Position numbers and translations under genes: made by a program. The notes beneath the pieces are model-generated. The model had not been told where the DNA came from. It did not search any database and saw only the letters and a list, made by a program, of their open reading frames with translations. Positions 1 through 9,790 of a stretch of DNA of 64,000 bases are shown here, one piece after another (within the stretch, counting starts at the first letter, position 1; each line of letters begins with the position of its first letter). The stretch is from an uncultured Candidatus Rokubacteria bacterium (GTDB lineage Bacteria; Methylomirabilota; Methylomirabilia; Rokubacteriales; DASRDR01): NCBI GenBank assembly GCA_963826115.1, contig CAWGVS010000001.1, forward strand, positions 44,643 through 108,642, given 5' to 3'.

Positions 1-258
1 CAGCAGGCCCTCGGCGGTCAGCTCCTCGACGAAGCGCCCAACCGCCTGCCGGATCGTCTCGCCCTCGGCCGGAAACCGCGCGCCGAGCGCCTGCGCCGCC
101 TCCGCCGCGGTGGCGCCGGCCACGAGCTGCCGCCAGATCGCGGCCGCGGTGCCGTCGAGGATGTAGTAGTGTCCGCTGTCGAGGTTGACCACGACGATCT
201 CGCCCTCCAGGACCTCGTAGACGACCCGGCTCTCGTCGACGACGAAGCGCGTGTGCAT
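1..258 (-). CDS. PqqD-family / RiPP recognition element protein (3' end beyond window)
   Basis: Manual translation MHTRFVVDESRVVYEVLEGEIVVVNLDSGHYYILDGTAAAIWRQL...VGRFVEELTAEGLL matches the PqqD pattern; AGAGG RBS upstream; absent from the ORF track because there is no stop in the window. Confidence 0.8.
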   Translation of the reverse strand, partial: MHTRFVVDESRVVYEVLEGEIVVVNLDSGHYYILDGTAAAIWRQLVAGATAAEAAQALGARFPAEGETIRQAVGRFVEELTAEGLL

Positions 259-292
259 CGGTCTTCCTCTCTGGCGGATCCGCCCGGCGCCG

Positions 293-1162
293 CTACAGGC
301 GATCCGGGTCGAGGTCCAGGCGCCGCACGCTGTCCATGATCATCATCTGGCGAAGGCGAACCGCCGGCGCCGGACGTCGGATGTCGGTGCGGTCCGGGCT
401 CGGGAGCGCCGCCGCCAGTAGGGCCGCATCCTGCAGGTTGAGGCTCGCCACGTCCTTCCGGAGCAGGATCCGCGAGGCGGCGCCCACGCCGAAGACGTCG
501 GGCCCGAACTGCGCGACGTTGAGGTACACCTCGAGAATCCGGCGCTTCGGCCACGCGGCCTCGATGAGCACCGTGAAGTACGCTTCCAGGGCCTTCCTGA
601 CATAGGACCGTCTTGGCCAGAGAAACAGGTTCTTGGCCACCTGCTGGCTGATCGTGCTGGCGCCGCGCCGCGGGCCGCCTTCCCGATTGTGCCGAGCGGC
701 GCGACGGATGCCGGACCAGTCGAAGCCGGCATGCGACACGAAGTGGGCGTCCTCGGCGCCGATCGCGGCGAGCCGCATGGACGGCGCCACCCCCTCGTAG
801 GGCACCCATTCGTGGTGAATCGCCGACCCCGGGCCCCGGCGCCGGCGCGCCCCGGCCATGAAGGCCGTGGTCGGAGGCCGGATCCAGCGCAGCGCCAGCA
901 CCGGCAGCGCCGACACGAGGAAGACGGCGGCGAGCCCGGTCAGAGCCGCCTGGCCCGGCGACCGAGGCCTCGCGACGCCGGCCGCCAGCGTCGCCACGGC
1001 CGAGAGGAGCACGAGTGCCAACAGGGCGCCGCGGAGCCGGGGCCATCGCGGCCGCGACCGCGATCCGCCGTGTCGTGCCGGATCGAGGCCGCCCGACGTC
1101 CCGGTGGAGAGCCGCGCCGCCGCGAGACGGCCTCCGGCGGTCGGCGACGACCCTCTGGTCAC
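293..1162 (-). CDS. mtgA: Monofunctional peptidoglycan transglycosylase (GT51)
   Basis: EDAHFVSHAGFD, GASTISQQVAKNLFLW, RKALE and RILEVYLN motifs; start (GTG 1162) uncertain. Confidence 0.85.
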   Translation of the reverse strand: MTRGSSPTAGGRLAAARLSTGTSGGLDPARHGGSRSRPRWPRLRGALLALVLLSAVATLAAGVARPRSPGQAALTGLAAVFLVSALPVLALRWIRPPTTAFMAGARRRRGPGSAIHHEWVPYEGVAPSMRLAAIGAEDAHFVSHAGFDWSGIRRAARHNREGGPRRGASTISQQVAKNLFLWPRRSYVRKALEAYFTVLIEAAWPKRRILEVYLNVAQFGPDVFGVGAASRILLRKDVASLNLQDAALLAAALPSPDRTDIRRPAPAVRLRQMMIMDSVRRLDLDPDRL

Positions 1163-1176
1163 GACACGGTCGAGGG

Positions 1177-1875
1177 TCAGCGGGACGGCGCCGGGAAGCG
1201 CCGACGCGCCACGGTGGACGCGATGACCCGCGCGTATTCCTGCCGGGCCGCGCGCTCGCGGACGCCGAGGTTGTCGTCGTGCAGGCGGCGCTTGAGCACC
1301 ACCTGCGGCACCAGGACCTCTTCGAGACCGAGGTCGCGCGCGCGAGCGTACCAGTCGATGAACTCCCCCACCTGCCACCGCGTGTCGAAGAAGCCGACGC
1401 GACGGAAGTCCGACGCCCGAATCAGCAGCGTCCCCACCGAAGGCGCCCGCATCGCGTCACCGCAGAGCGCGAGCTCCTGGCCCTGCGGATCGCCCGAATC
1501 CCGCACCTGGACGAGCTCGCCGAACGCCATGGCCGGGAGGGGAAGCCCCCGGAGCGCCTCCAGCTGCAGCTCCAGCTTGCGCGGATCCCAGAGGTCGTCC
1601 GCGTCCAGGAAGGCCAGGAACTCGCCTCGCGCCAGGCGGACACCGTGGTTCCGGGCCGCGGCCGGCCCGCCGTTCGGCTGCCCCACGACGCGGACGCGCG
1701 AATCCGGATAGCTCCGCGCCACCGCTCCGCTGCGGTCCGTCGAGCCGTCGTCGATGACCAGGATCTCGAGCGCGGCATGGGTCTGCCGGGCCACGCTCTC
1801 GAGCGCCTGGGCCAGGTAGCGCTCGGCGTTGTACACGGGAATGACGACGCTGATCACCGCGGCGGGCGTACCCAT
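1177..1875 (-). CDS. Glycosyltransferase family 2
   Basis: SVVIPVYNAERYL, IDDGSTD, AARNHG, FLDADD. Confidence 0.9.
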   Translation of the reverse strand: MGTPAAVISVVIPVYNAERYLAQALESVARQTHAALEILVIDDGSTDRSGAVARSYPDSRVRVVGQPNGGPAAARNHGVRLARGEFLAFLDADDLWDPRKLELQLEALRGLPLPAMAFGELVQVRDSGDPQGQELALCGDAMRAPSVGTLLIRASDFRRVGFFDTRWQVGEFIDWYARARDLGLEEVLVPQVVLKRRLHDDNLGVRERAARQEYARVIASTVARRRFPAPSR

Positions 1876-1968
1876 GTCCGTCGATCGGTATCCTAGCAGA
1901 CTCGGCCGCGAGGAGTGGGCGGCCCGACCGTTTCTCGGAGGACTTCGTACGGTACCATTTCCGGTGTG

Positions 1969-2931
1969 ATGCGCGACGCCGCGCCGATCCCCCTCCGACC
2001 GATCCGGGGCCGCTGGGCTTCGCTGCTCGACCGGGCAGGCCTCCGGCCCCACCCTCCCCGGACGGCACGGGGCGAGGGGCTCAAGCACCTCGTCTTCGTG
2101 TGGAAGTTCTCGGTCGACGGGCAGCCCCAAGCCATCGGCGCCGTCCTCGAGCGGAACAACCTCGGCATCCTGCTCAAGACGCACAGCGGCGTCGAGTGGA
2201 TGTCGAAGTACGACCCGTCGCCGTTCGCCGTGACCGGCCCCGACCAGATCGCGACCCTGGCCCGCTACTACGAGGAGGCCGGTGTCCCCTTCCACGCGTG
2301 GACCGTCGTCAAGGGCGTCGACGTCGCGCGAGAGGCGCGGATGGCCGCGGAGGTTCTCGAGGCCGGCGCGCGGAGCCTCGTCGTCGACCTCGAGCCCCAC
2401 GATCGGTTCTGGCAAGGCACGGCGGCCGACGCCGCCCGATACGGCCGGGATCTGCGGCGTCTGGCGCCGGACGGCCGCGTGGTCCTCTCCGTCGACCCCC
2501 GTCCGTGGGCAATGGCGCAGGTACCGATGGCGGAATTCGCCGCCTTCGCGGACGAGATCGCGCCGCAGCAGTACTGGCGCTCGTTCGACACCCCGACCGA
2601 TCGCGAGCGCTTCACGCGAGCCGGCTTCCCGGTGCCGCCCCGCGGCGTCACGCCCGAGTTCCTCAACGACGTCTCGGCCAAGACACTCGGCGGCTACGGC
2701 CTGCCGCTCAGCCCGACCGGCCAGGGCGCGGCCAACGATGTCGGCGCGTGGCGCCGCTTCGTCGACCACGCCTACGGTCTCGGCGCCTGCGCTGTCTCAT
2801 GCTGGCGCTACGGCGTCACCGGGCGGGCCGTCTTCCGCTTCTTGCGTCGCACGCCTCCACGCGCGCCGTCACCCGGAGCCAGCCGGCGGTCAGCACCAGA
2901 CCGTCGCGCCGAGGACTCGCCCCGAGGGTGA
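1969..2931 (+). CDS. Hypothetical protein, possibly glycoside-hydrolase-like TIM barrel
   Basis: Good GC3 codon usage; PFHAW, VVDLE, APQQYW and SCWRY strand motifs resemble GH-type barrels. Confidence 0.55.
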   Translation: MRDAAPIPLRPIRGRWASLLDRAGLRPHPPRTARGEGLKHLVFVWKFSVDGQPQAIGAVLERNNLGILLKTHSGVEWMSKYDPSPFAVTGPDQIATLARYYEEAGVPFHAWTVVKGVDVAREARMAAEVLEAGARSLVVDLEPHDRFWQGTAADAARYGRDLRRLAPDGRVVLSVDPRPWAMAQVPMAEFAAFADEIAPQQYWRSFDTPTDRERFTRAGFPVPPRGVTPEFLNDVSAKTLGGYGLPLSPTGQGAANDVGAWRRFVDHAYGLGACAVSCWRYGVTGRAVFRFLRRTPPRAPSPGASRRSAPDRRAEDSPRG

Positions 2932-3026
2932 CGGGCTCGCCGACGGCCGGGCGCGAGCGCTCGGGCCAAATCGGGTCGGCCGAGACGCACCAGTTCCGCT
3001 CCGGGCGTGCTTGCGTGGGCTTCCGC

Positions 3027-4211
3027 TCAGGCCACCGAGGCGAGTGCCGGGAGCCCGTCGACGCGCGGTGCGCGGCCGAGGGAGCGGATCAGGTCCTCCT
3101 CGCGCCCCATCAGCTTGCTCAGCTGGTGGTGGAGCGTCCGGGCCCGGTCGAGGTCCCAGTCGAACGAGGCGACCTCGTCCGAGAGGTCGAGGAACTCGGC
3201 CGCGAACGGGTCGCGCGCGGCCTGGTAGGCCCGGAGCGCCTCGTCCGTTCCGGCCACGACGGCGCGGGCCAGCAGCTCCGCGTCGCGCAGGGCATCGGAC
3301 ATGCCGTGCGCCGTGATCGGGTCCTTGAAGCACCCCGCGTCGCCGACCAGCGCCCAGCCGGGGCCCCACGCCTGCCGGATGAACCCGGCCCGGCCGGGGA
3401 ACGGGTGGAGCTTCCCGTCGCGCTCGGCGACGGCCACCCGCGCGGCGAGGGCCGCGTCCGTCTCGGCGAGCGCCTGGCCGTAGAGCGCGTCGAGCCCGAG
3501 GGCGCGCTGGGCCTCGTAGCGCTCGGGCCGCATCGCCACGAACACGTTGGCGCGGCCGTCGTTGGTCGGAATCGCGCCCGCGCCCAGGTCCTTCCGGAAG
3601 TACCAGTGCGTGCCGTCGAGCTCGAGCCCCCGCCAGTAGCCGTAGATCACGATACCGAGGTGCCGGCCGGCCCGCAGGACGGGCGCGCCCACCGCGCGCG
3701 CGACGCCGGACCGCGCGCCGTCCGCCCCGATCACGATGCGCGCGTCCACGCGGCGCGTCGCGCCTTCGGGATCCGTGACGTCGATCCCGCGTACCCGCCC
3801 GGCGGCATCGCGCACGACGTCGCCCGCGCTCGCGCCGTGGACGACCCGGGCACCCGCCTCGGCGGCGGCGTCCGCCAGCACGGCGTCGAGGAGGGTCCGC
3901 CGCGGCGCGTAGAGCGCCTCGAGCCCATCCCGCGGCTGGAAGGGCACCGGGACCGCGTCCTCCGCGTAGTGGAACGTCGTCCGGCGGATGGGCGGCGTCC
4001 CCGCGGCGACGATGCGCTCGAGGACGCCCCAGCGCTCGAGCTGCATGAGGCCGGGGCGCATCAGGGCGTGGGTCGACGTCGTGTCGCTCCCGCGAGCGCT
4101 CCGCTCGACGACCAGGACCGACAGGCCCGCGCGGGCCAGGAGGAGCGCCGTGCTCGCGCCGGCCACGCGCGCGCCGACGACGACCGCGTCGTATCGCGGC
4201 TCGAGAGTCAT
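3027..4211 (-). CDS. FAD-dependent oxidoreductase (geranylgeranyl reductase-like)
   Basis: YDAVVVGARVAGAS, IGADG, LVGDAGCFKDPITAHGMSDA. Confidence 0.9.
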   Translation of the reverse strand: MTLEPRYDAVVVGARVAGASTALLLARAGLSVLVVERSARGSDTTSTHALMRPGLMQLERWGVLERIVAAGTPPIRRTTFHYAEDAVPVPFQPRDGLEALYAPRRTLLDAVLADAAAEAGARVVHGASAGDVVRDAAGRVRGIDVTDPEGATRRVDARIVIGADGARSGVARAVGAPVLRAGRHLGIVIYGYWRGLELDGTHWYFRKDLGAGAIPTNDGRANVFVAMRPERYEAQRALGLDALYGQALAETDAALAARVAVAERDGKLHPFPGRAGFIRQAWGPGWALVGDAGCFKDPITAHGMSDALRDAELLARAVVAGTDEALRAYQAARDPFAAEFLDLSDEVASFDWDLDRARTLHHQLSKLMGREEDLIRSLGRAPRVDGLPALASVA

Positions 4212-4222
4212 GATCGTTCTCC

Positions 4223-5470
4223 TCAGGCCGCCGTCCGGCGGCGGCGCGCCAGCCGGCGCTCGATGTCGTCCGCCAGGTCGGCGGCGTCCGCGCCGACGCC
4301 ATCCAGGAAGCTCGAGTTGCGGCGGCGCATGAAGTAGAGCCCGAGCGCGTAGAGGCCCGGCTCCGGCGTGATGCCGCCGTCGTGCCGCAGCTCCCCGTCG
4401 CCATCCAGCACGGGCACGCGAAGCCACGGGTACTCGCGGCGGTAGCCGGTCGCCCAGAGCACGGTCCGGATGCCGGCCGTTCCCAGGTCGATCGCCGAGG
4501 GTGTCTCGGGCACCGGCACGCGCGGGGGCCGGCCGCTCTCCGGGAGGACCCCTCCGAGTCCCCGCGCCTCGATGAACCGGTCCACGCGGTCGAGGAGGTG
4601 GTGCATCTTCGTCTCGGCGTGCTCGACCGACGCGCCGAGGTCGCTCGCGAGCGACACCCGCCGCTCCGCGATGCCGACCACCCGGCCCACGACGCGCACG
4701 CCCTCCGCCTGGAGGACGCCGAGATCGAGGGCGTGATGGCCGTCGTCGCCGATGAGCTGGAGCGAGGGCTCCTCGCGCGAGGCCGCGATGTCCCAGACCT
4801 CGTCGGCCGACTCGGAGAGCACCCCCATCGCATCCAGCCACGCCATGATGTCGAGGCCCCGGTACTGCCGGGGCAGCCGGGTATGGCCGCCGACGGCCAG
4901 CGTCACCGGCCGGCCGGACCGCGCGATCTCCGACGCGAGCTGGATGCCCGTCGAGGACGCGCCGACGACGAGCACCCCGCCCGCAGGGAGCGCGCCGGGA
5001 TTGCGGTAGCCGGTCGGCACGACCTGGACGACGTCGGGCGTGAGCGAAGCGGCGACCGGCGGAATGTTCGCGACGTCGCAGTGCCCGGTGGCGATCACGA
5101 CGGAGGCCGCATGCCACGCGCCGGCCGTGGTGTCCACCCGGAATCCCGGCCGCGCCCGCTCGACGGCGGTGACCGCGACGCCGGTGTGCACGGGCGCGGA
5201 GAACGAGCGCGCGTACGCCTCCAGGTAGTCGGTGACCTCGGTCCGCGCCATGAAGCCGTCCGGCTCGGGGCCGCGGTAGGCCCACCCCGGGAGCCGGCCC
5301 TGCCAGCGCGGCGTCAGGAGGTGGAGGGAGTCCCACCGCTCGCTGCGCCAGCGCTCGGCGACGCGCCCGCGCTCGAGGACCACGTGCTCGATGCCCCGGA
5401 CCCCGAGGTGCCAGCTCATCGCCAGCCCGGCCTGTCCGCCGCCGATGATCACCACGTCCGTCTGCTTCAT
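4223..5470 (-). CDS. Flavin-containing monooxygenase-like NAD(P)/FAD-dependent oxidoreductase
   Basis: GGGQAG, RWDSLHLLTP, VIATG, VVGASSTG, WATGY. Confidence 0.9.
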   Translation of the reverse strand: MKQTDVVIIGGGQAGLAMSWHLGVRGIEHVVLERGRVAERWRSERWDSLHLLTPRWQGRLPGWAYRGPEPDGFMARTEVTDYLEAYARSFSAPVHTGVAVTAVERARPGFRVDTTAGAWHAASVVIATGHCDVANIPPVAASLTPDVVQVVPTGYRNPGALPAGGVLVVGASSTGIQLASEIARSGRPVTLAVGGHTRLPRQYRGLDIMAWLDAMGVLSESADEVWDIAASREEPSLQLIGDDGHHALDLGVLQAEGVRVVGRVVGIAERRVSLASDLGASVEHAETKMHHLLDRVDRFIEARGLGGVLPESGRPPRVPVPETPSAIDLGTAGIRTVLWATGYRREYPWLRVPVLDGDGELRHDGGITPEPGLYALGLYFMRRRNSSFLDGVGADAADLADDIERRLARRRRTAA

Positions 5471-5532
5471 CGCCAGATCTCCGCGCGCGGCGGTCCGGCC
5501 GGCCGATGCCGGCCGGACGCCGCAGTGGGAGC

Positions 5533-6114
5533 TCAGCCCGCGTTCACCGACACGGTGACCGGGACGCCCTTGGTGAGCACGTCGTACACGGCGGAGCGCT
5601 TCCGGGACTGGTCGACGATCTTCTCGAGCACGGCGGGCGGCGCGTCGCCCTTGATCGTGAAGGACACCCGCAGCTGCTCGTAGCCGTTCCGCACCTCGTC
5701 GGACAGCCCGAGGATCCCGCGGAGGTCGATGTCGCCCTCGATGCGGGACTCCACCTCGTGGAGCGTCACGCCGCGCGCGGCCGCGATGTTGCCGATGCCG
5801 GCGGTGAGGCAGGCCGCGAGGGCGTGCAGCAGGAACTCGACCGGCGTCGGCGCCTGGTCGCGGCCGACCAGCACCTTCGGGTGGTCCGCGTCGTGGACGA
5901 ACTCCTTCACGTGCATCTGCTCCGCGCCGGCGCCGCTGAACGACTGGATGCGGGTCCGGCTGTGGGTCCCCGACTGCCACTGGTTCGTGGCGCGGAACTG
6001 GAACTTCGCCAGCTCCGGCTGGGCGCCGACCGCCTCGATCGTCGTCAGGAGGGTCGGGGTGTCGATGCCGTTGCGGGGCGCGGGCTTCGGCTTCTGGGTC
6101 GTCGCGGTGGTCAT
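5533..6114 (-). CDS. OsmC-family protein
   Basis: ADHPKVLVGRDQAPTPVEFLLHALAACL, EGDIDLRGILG; RBS GGAGGAG. Confidence 0.9.
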   Translation of the reverse strand: MTTATTQKPKPAPRNGIDTPTLLTTIEAVGAQPELAKFQFRATNQWQSGTHSRTRIQSFSGAGAEQMHVKEFVHDADHPKVLVGRDQAPTPVEFLLHALAACLTAGIGNIAAARGVTLHEVESRIEGDIDLRGILGLSDEVRNGYEQLRVSFTIKGDAPPAVLEKIVDQSRKRSAVYDVLTKGVPVTVSVNAG

Positions 6115-6160
6115 TGGTCTGTCTCCTCCGGTCGTTGGGGTTTGGGGTGGTGTCGCGGAA

Positions 6161-6352
6161 CTAGCCGCCGGGGCGGTGGGCGGTGGCCAGGGGTCGGGCC
6201 GGCACGCCCGGGCGCGAGGGCCGACGGGCGCCGACGGTCGGGGCCGGCTGGCGCGCCTCGCCCACGTGGTCGGCGACCCACGAGATGGCGCCGATCAGGA
6301 ACAGGGCGACGTACCCGAGGGTCCGATCGGTGATCCTGGCCACGGTCTCCAT
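6161..6352 (-). CDS. Small (63 aa) hypothetical protein, one hydrophobic segment; first gene of the OsmC operon
   Basis: AGGAGGAG RBS before METVARITDRTLGYVALFLIGAISW. Confidence 0.5.
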   Translation of the reverse strand: METVARITDRTLGYVALFLIGAISWVADHVGEARQPAPTVGARRPSRPGVPARPLATAHRPGG

Positions 6353-6409
6353 CGCTCTCCTCCTTGTCCCGGCGCCCTCTGTGGCTCCGGGCAACTGTCC
6401 GAGGTAAGG

Positions 6410-6515
6410 GCAACGGACGTGCCGAGTCAGTGACGCGTTAGAAATCAATTAGTTGCGTGGTTCGACAGGGCTCGGGCGCTGTCGAACGGCCGCCGAATTC
6501 GACAGTCTTCGACGG
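6410..6515 (-). promoter_or_regulatory. Sigma54 promoter with IHF site and palindromic activator sites
   Basis: Minus strand CGGCACGTCCGTTGC (GG-N10-GC) at 6410-6424; AATCAATTAGTTG (WATCAANNNNTTR) at 6443-6455; TTCGACAG-N10-CTGTCGAA at 6461-6486; extra TTCGAC half-sites at 6498 and 6508. Confidence 0.75.
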
Positions 6516-6677
6516 TGGGACTGGGTGTGGGTGGACGGAGGAGTGGGTGTGATCCCCGCCACCACGGACCGCGCCGGGTAGCGGCGCTCTCTCGCCCTAC
6601 CTACGGCTCAGCGGCGTCCTTCGAGGTGGGGGTTGCCGTCCGCCTCCGATGGCCGGGCGGACGACGCGGCGTGGGGC

Positions 6678-7797
6678 CTAGTGCGCGGCTCGCCGGTGGG
6701 CGCCGAGGACGTCCATCCCGAAGTCGCCGACGGGGTCCCGCCACACGCTGTGCACGTGGTTGGCGCTCCGGGTGGTGTTGTCGTACTCGACGAGGAGTCG
6801 GTGCCCCTGGATGCGGTAGTAGTGCGGGCGGCGTGGGTCGAGACTGCCCGCCCACGCGAGGTGGAGGGCGTCGAGCGACGGCCCCGTCACCTTGGCCATC
6901 TCGCGCTCCGCGATCGCGTCCGGGAGCCGGCCGACATAGGTGCCGAGCAGCGCCGTCAGGAGCTCGCGCTGGGGCGCGGTCATCGCCGACGCGGGGAGCC
7001 CCTTCGGCGCCGTCGTGAAGCGGAGCGCGTCCACGTGCGCGGCGGTCAGGCCGACCTTGGTCTCCTCGGTGTCCTGGAACCGCTCGAGGTTGTCGAGGAG
7101 CTCGCCGGTCCACTCGTTGCGCCAGACGCGCGCCAGGCGAAGCGGCCCGTCGCCCTCGGCGAGCCGGGTCCGATTCGCCCCGACCAGGTCGATCGGGGGC
7201 ACCGGCGAGAGCACCGCCCGGTCGCGCTGGACGTCCGACAGGGAGCGCAGGAGCTCGAACGCCAGGTCGGTGCACGCGGCGAGCGGCCGGAGGAGCTCGC
7301 GGCCCGAGGAGCGGGGACACCGCGGGATCGGCGCCCAGGAAGCACGGCGTATGAGCGCGCAGCTCGCCGTCCACGATCGTGTGGTGCACCGAGACGTGGT
7401 GGCCCCCGAAGCGCCAGGACCACGCGGGCGCGCCGGGCGCGCCGAAGATCCGGAGGTAGTAGCGCCCCGGATCGCGGCCGCGCGCGTGGCCGAACGAGGC
7501 GCGCCAGCCCTCGAGCTCGTCGAGGACGTTCTCGAGCCCCATGATCGTCGAGGCCGTCACGTAGCCGGCCCGGCTCAGCCCCGTCGCCAGAAGCCGCATG
7601 GCGAGCTGCTGCTGGGCCGGACGCATGGCGCCGAGCGTGAGTCCGCCGTGGTCGGTCGGCGTGTAGAACCAGCGGAGCCGCTCCTCGTCCGACGGAAACG
7701 GCCAGCACGCCGCCGGCCGCTGATCGTCCGACAGGGAGTCGACCAGCCGCCCGGCGGACTCGGCCATCCGGGCGGCGAGGTCCCGTGGATCGCTCAC
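6678..7797 (-). pseudogene. DUF3500-family protein, frameshifted near 7300 (real or assembly error)
   Basis: N-half WFYTPTDHGGL...WRFGGHHVS...FLGADP and C-half HYYRIQGHRLLVEYDNT...NHVHSVWRDP are in different frames. Confidence 0.75.
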
Positions 7798-8966
7798 CGG
7801 CCCGGTCCTCGCAGGCCGAAGATCAGCTCGGGATCCCCGGGCGCCCAGGTGCCGTCCACCTGCGAGCGGCGCCCGATCCGGCGCGTCCGCTCGAGCAGCT
7901 GGGCCCCGAGCGCGACCTGCTCGGCCTCCCACCGGGCGAGCGCCGACGGCACGTCACGGTCGCGCCCGAGCGCCGCCGCGAGGGCCCACGCGTCCGCGGC
8001 AGCCTTCGCGGTGCCCGCCGCGGCGTGCGGCCTGACGACGAACGCGGCGTCGCCCAGGAGACAGACGCGGCCGAAGGCCATGCGGGGCACCTCGATGTCG
8101 TAGATCACCTGGAGGAACGGCCGGTCGACGCTCTCGACGACCCGGGCGAGCGGCGCCGGCAGCCGGGCCCGCGCCACCGCGCGCATCTCCGCCACGTGCC
8201 GGGCGCGCACCCCGCCCGGCGGCACCGAGAGATCCCGTCGCTGGCCGGCGTCGTCCGTCAGGACGTCGTCGAGATCGCCGCCCTCGAGGTAGTTCCGATA
8301 CCAGACGAAGTTCACCAGCCGCTCACCCGGCGCGACCGAGCCGTCGGGTCCCGGGATCGGGTACGCCAGGACGTGGCTGTTGGCGTAGACGTGATACGTG
8401 ATGGCGTCGGCCAGGGCCGCGCGCGTCTCGGGGTCGAGGCTCGTCTCCGGCACCATGCCGCGCCACGCCACGTATCCCGCGTAGGCGGGCCGCACGGCAG
8501 GCAGGAGACGCGCCCGGGCGGTCGAGCCGACGCCGTCGGCGCACACCAGGAGGTCGACCCGCGTGTCCGGCCGGCCGGCCAGGTGGACCGTCACGCCGCC
8601 GTCCCCCTCGGTCCACCCCGTCATCTCGTGGCCGAGGTGATAGCGCGACGGCGCGTACCGCGCCTTGAGCTCCCGATACACCGTGTTCCACGAGCTGAAC
8701 CGGTAGACGTGCGGCGCGTCGTGGATGCGCGCACCGCGACGGTCCAGGTAGCGGATGTGGGACGTGGCCACGCTGATGCGATCGAGGGGGACGCACGCCC
8801 GCTCGACGAGGTAGCGGGCGCTCTCCGGCAGGAACGCGATGCCCGCGCCGCGCTCCGCGAGCTCCGCGGGCGACCGCTCGTAGACATCGACCTCGACGCC
8901 CAGCTCGTGCAGCAGCAGCGCGGCGTGAAGCCCGCCGAGCGACCCCCCGACGACGGCGGCCCGCAT
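7794..8966 (-). CDS. FAD-dependent monooxygenase, 2,6-dihydroxypyridine 3-monooxygenase-like
   Basis: GGSLGG, GAGI, ADGVGS, YAGYVAWRG, LLGDAAFVVRPHAAAGTAKA. Confidence 0.8.
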   Translation of the reverse strand: MRAAVVGGSLGGLHAALLLHELGVEVDVYERSPAELAERGAGIAFLPESARYLVERACVPLDRISVATSHIRYLDRRGARIHDAPHVYRFSSWNTVYRELKARYAPSRYHLGHEMTGWTEGDGGVTVHLAGRPDTRVDLLVCADGVGSTARARLLPAVRPAYAGYVAWRGMVPETSLDPETRAALADAITYHVYANSHVLAYPIPGPDGSVAPGERLVNFVWYRNYLEGGDLDDVLTDDAGQRRDLSVPPGGVRARHVAEMRAVARARLPAPLARVVESVDRPFLQVIYDIEVPRMAFGRVCLLGDAAFVVRPHAAAGTAKAAADAWALAAALGRDRDVPSALARWEAEQVALGAQLLERTRRIGRRSQVDGTWAPGDPELIFGLRGPGR

Positions 8967-8978
8967 GTGGCCGGGCGG

Positions 8979-9500
8979 TCAGGGCTTGCCGAACGTCGCC
9001 ACCTTGTCCACCGCGCACTCGAAGAGCACCCGGCGCTCGTTCCGGGAGGGGTCCCGCAGCCCGTACGGCGGGGGCTGCTTCGTGTACTTGGTCCAGATCT
9101 TGTCGACCTGCGCGGTGACGCGCGCCCCCTCGCGCGGGTCGTCCTCGGACACCTCGCGCCGGACCGTGCACTTGATGCTGACCCAGTGATAGGGGTTCGC
9201 CGGGTTCATCAGGAGGACGGTCAGCCGGGGATTGGCCCGGATCCACTGGACCTTCTTCCGGTGCGAGGCGATGTTCACGAGCACGGTCGACCCGGAGTAG
9301 TCGAACCACATGGGGGTCAGGTTCGGGCGCCCGTCCGTCCCCTGCACCGCGAACACCGCGGTTACCGGCTCGTCGAGCAGCCGCTTGTAGATCGGATCGA
9401 GCTCGTCGAGCGACGTGATCCGGTCGTGCGATCCGACCGAGAACTGGTTCGCCTGGAGCCCGTTCGCCACGTCGAGGAACCGCGCCACCTGGATCGCCAT
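8979..9500 (-). CDS. Pyridoxamine 5'-phosphate oxidase-like (PPOX/FDOR split-barrel) protein
   Basis: DGRPNLTPMWFD, KKVQWIRANPRLT, PANPYHWVSI; RBS GGAGG. Confidence 0.8.
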   Translation of the reverse strand: MAIQVARFLDVANGLQANQFSVGSHDRITSLDELDPIYKRLLDEPVTAVFAVQGTDGRPNLTPMWFDYSGSTVLVNIASHRKKVQWIRANPRLTVLLMNPANPYHWVSIKCTVRREVSEDDPREGARVTAQVDKIWTKYTKQPPPYGLRDPSRNERRVLFECAVDKVATFGKP

Positions 9501-9790
9501 GCGATTGTCCTCCGATGGGATCGTGAGACCCGGCCCGTCAGGGGCCCGCCGGCGTGGGCCGCCGCTTCCGCCGCGAGTCTCCCGACGATAGCACGACGCC
9601 GGAGACGCCGACCACCCTCGCGGCCCACCGCCGCGGGCGCGGCCGTCGACCGCGAGATCCGGTGCCGGCCCAGCTTCGACGATATTGGGCGCGCCGAGCC
9701 TCAGCGGGTTATGCCGTCGCCGTACCGCAAACCACGCCTTCGCATCACGCGCGGACAGCGTGAGCTCCAGTCCTCGGTGCCGATCGTAGA

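Noticed and set aside
7290-7310. Programmed frameshift in DUF3500
   Set aside because: No slippery heptamer is evident; a mutation or sequencing indel is simpler.
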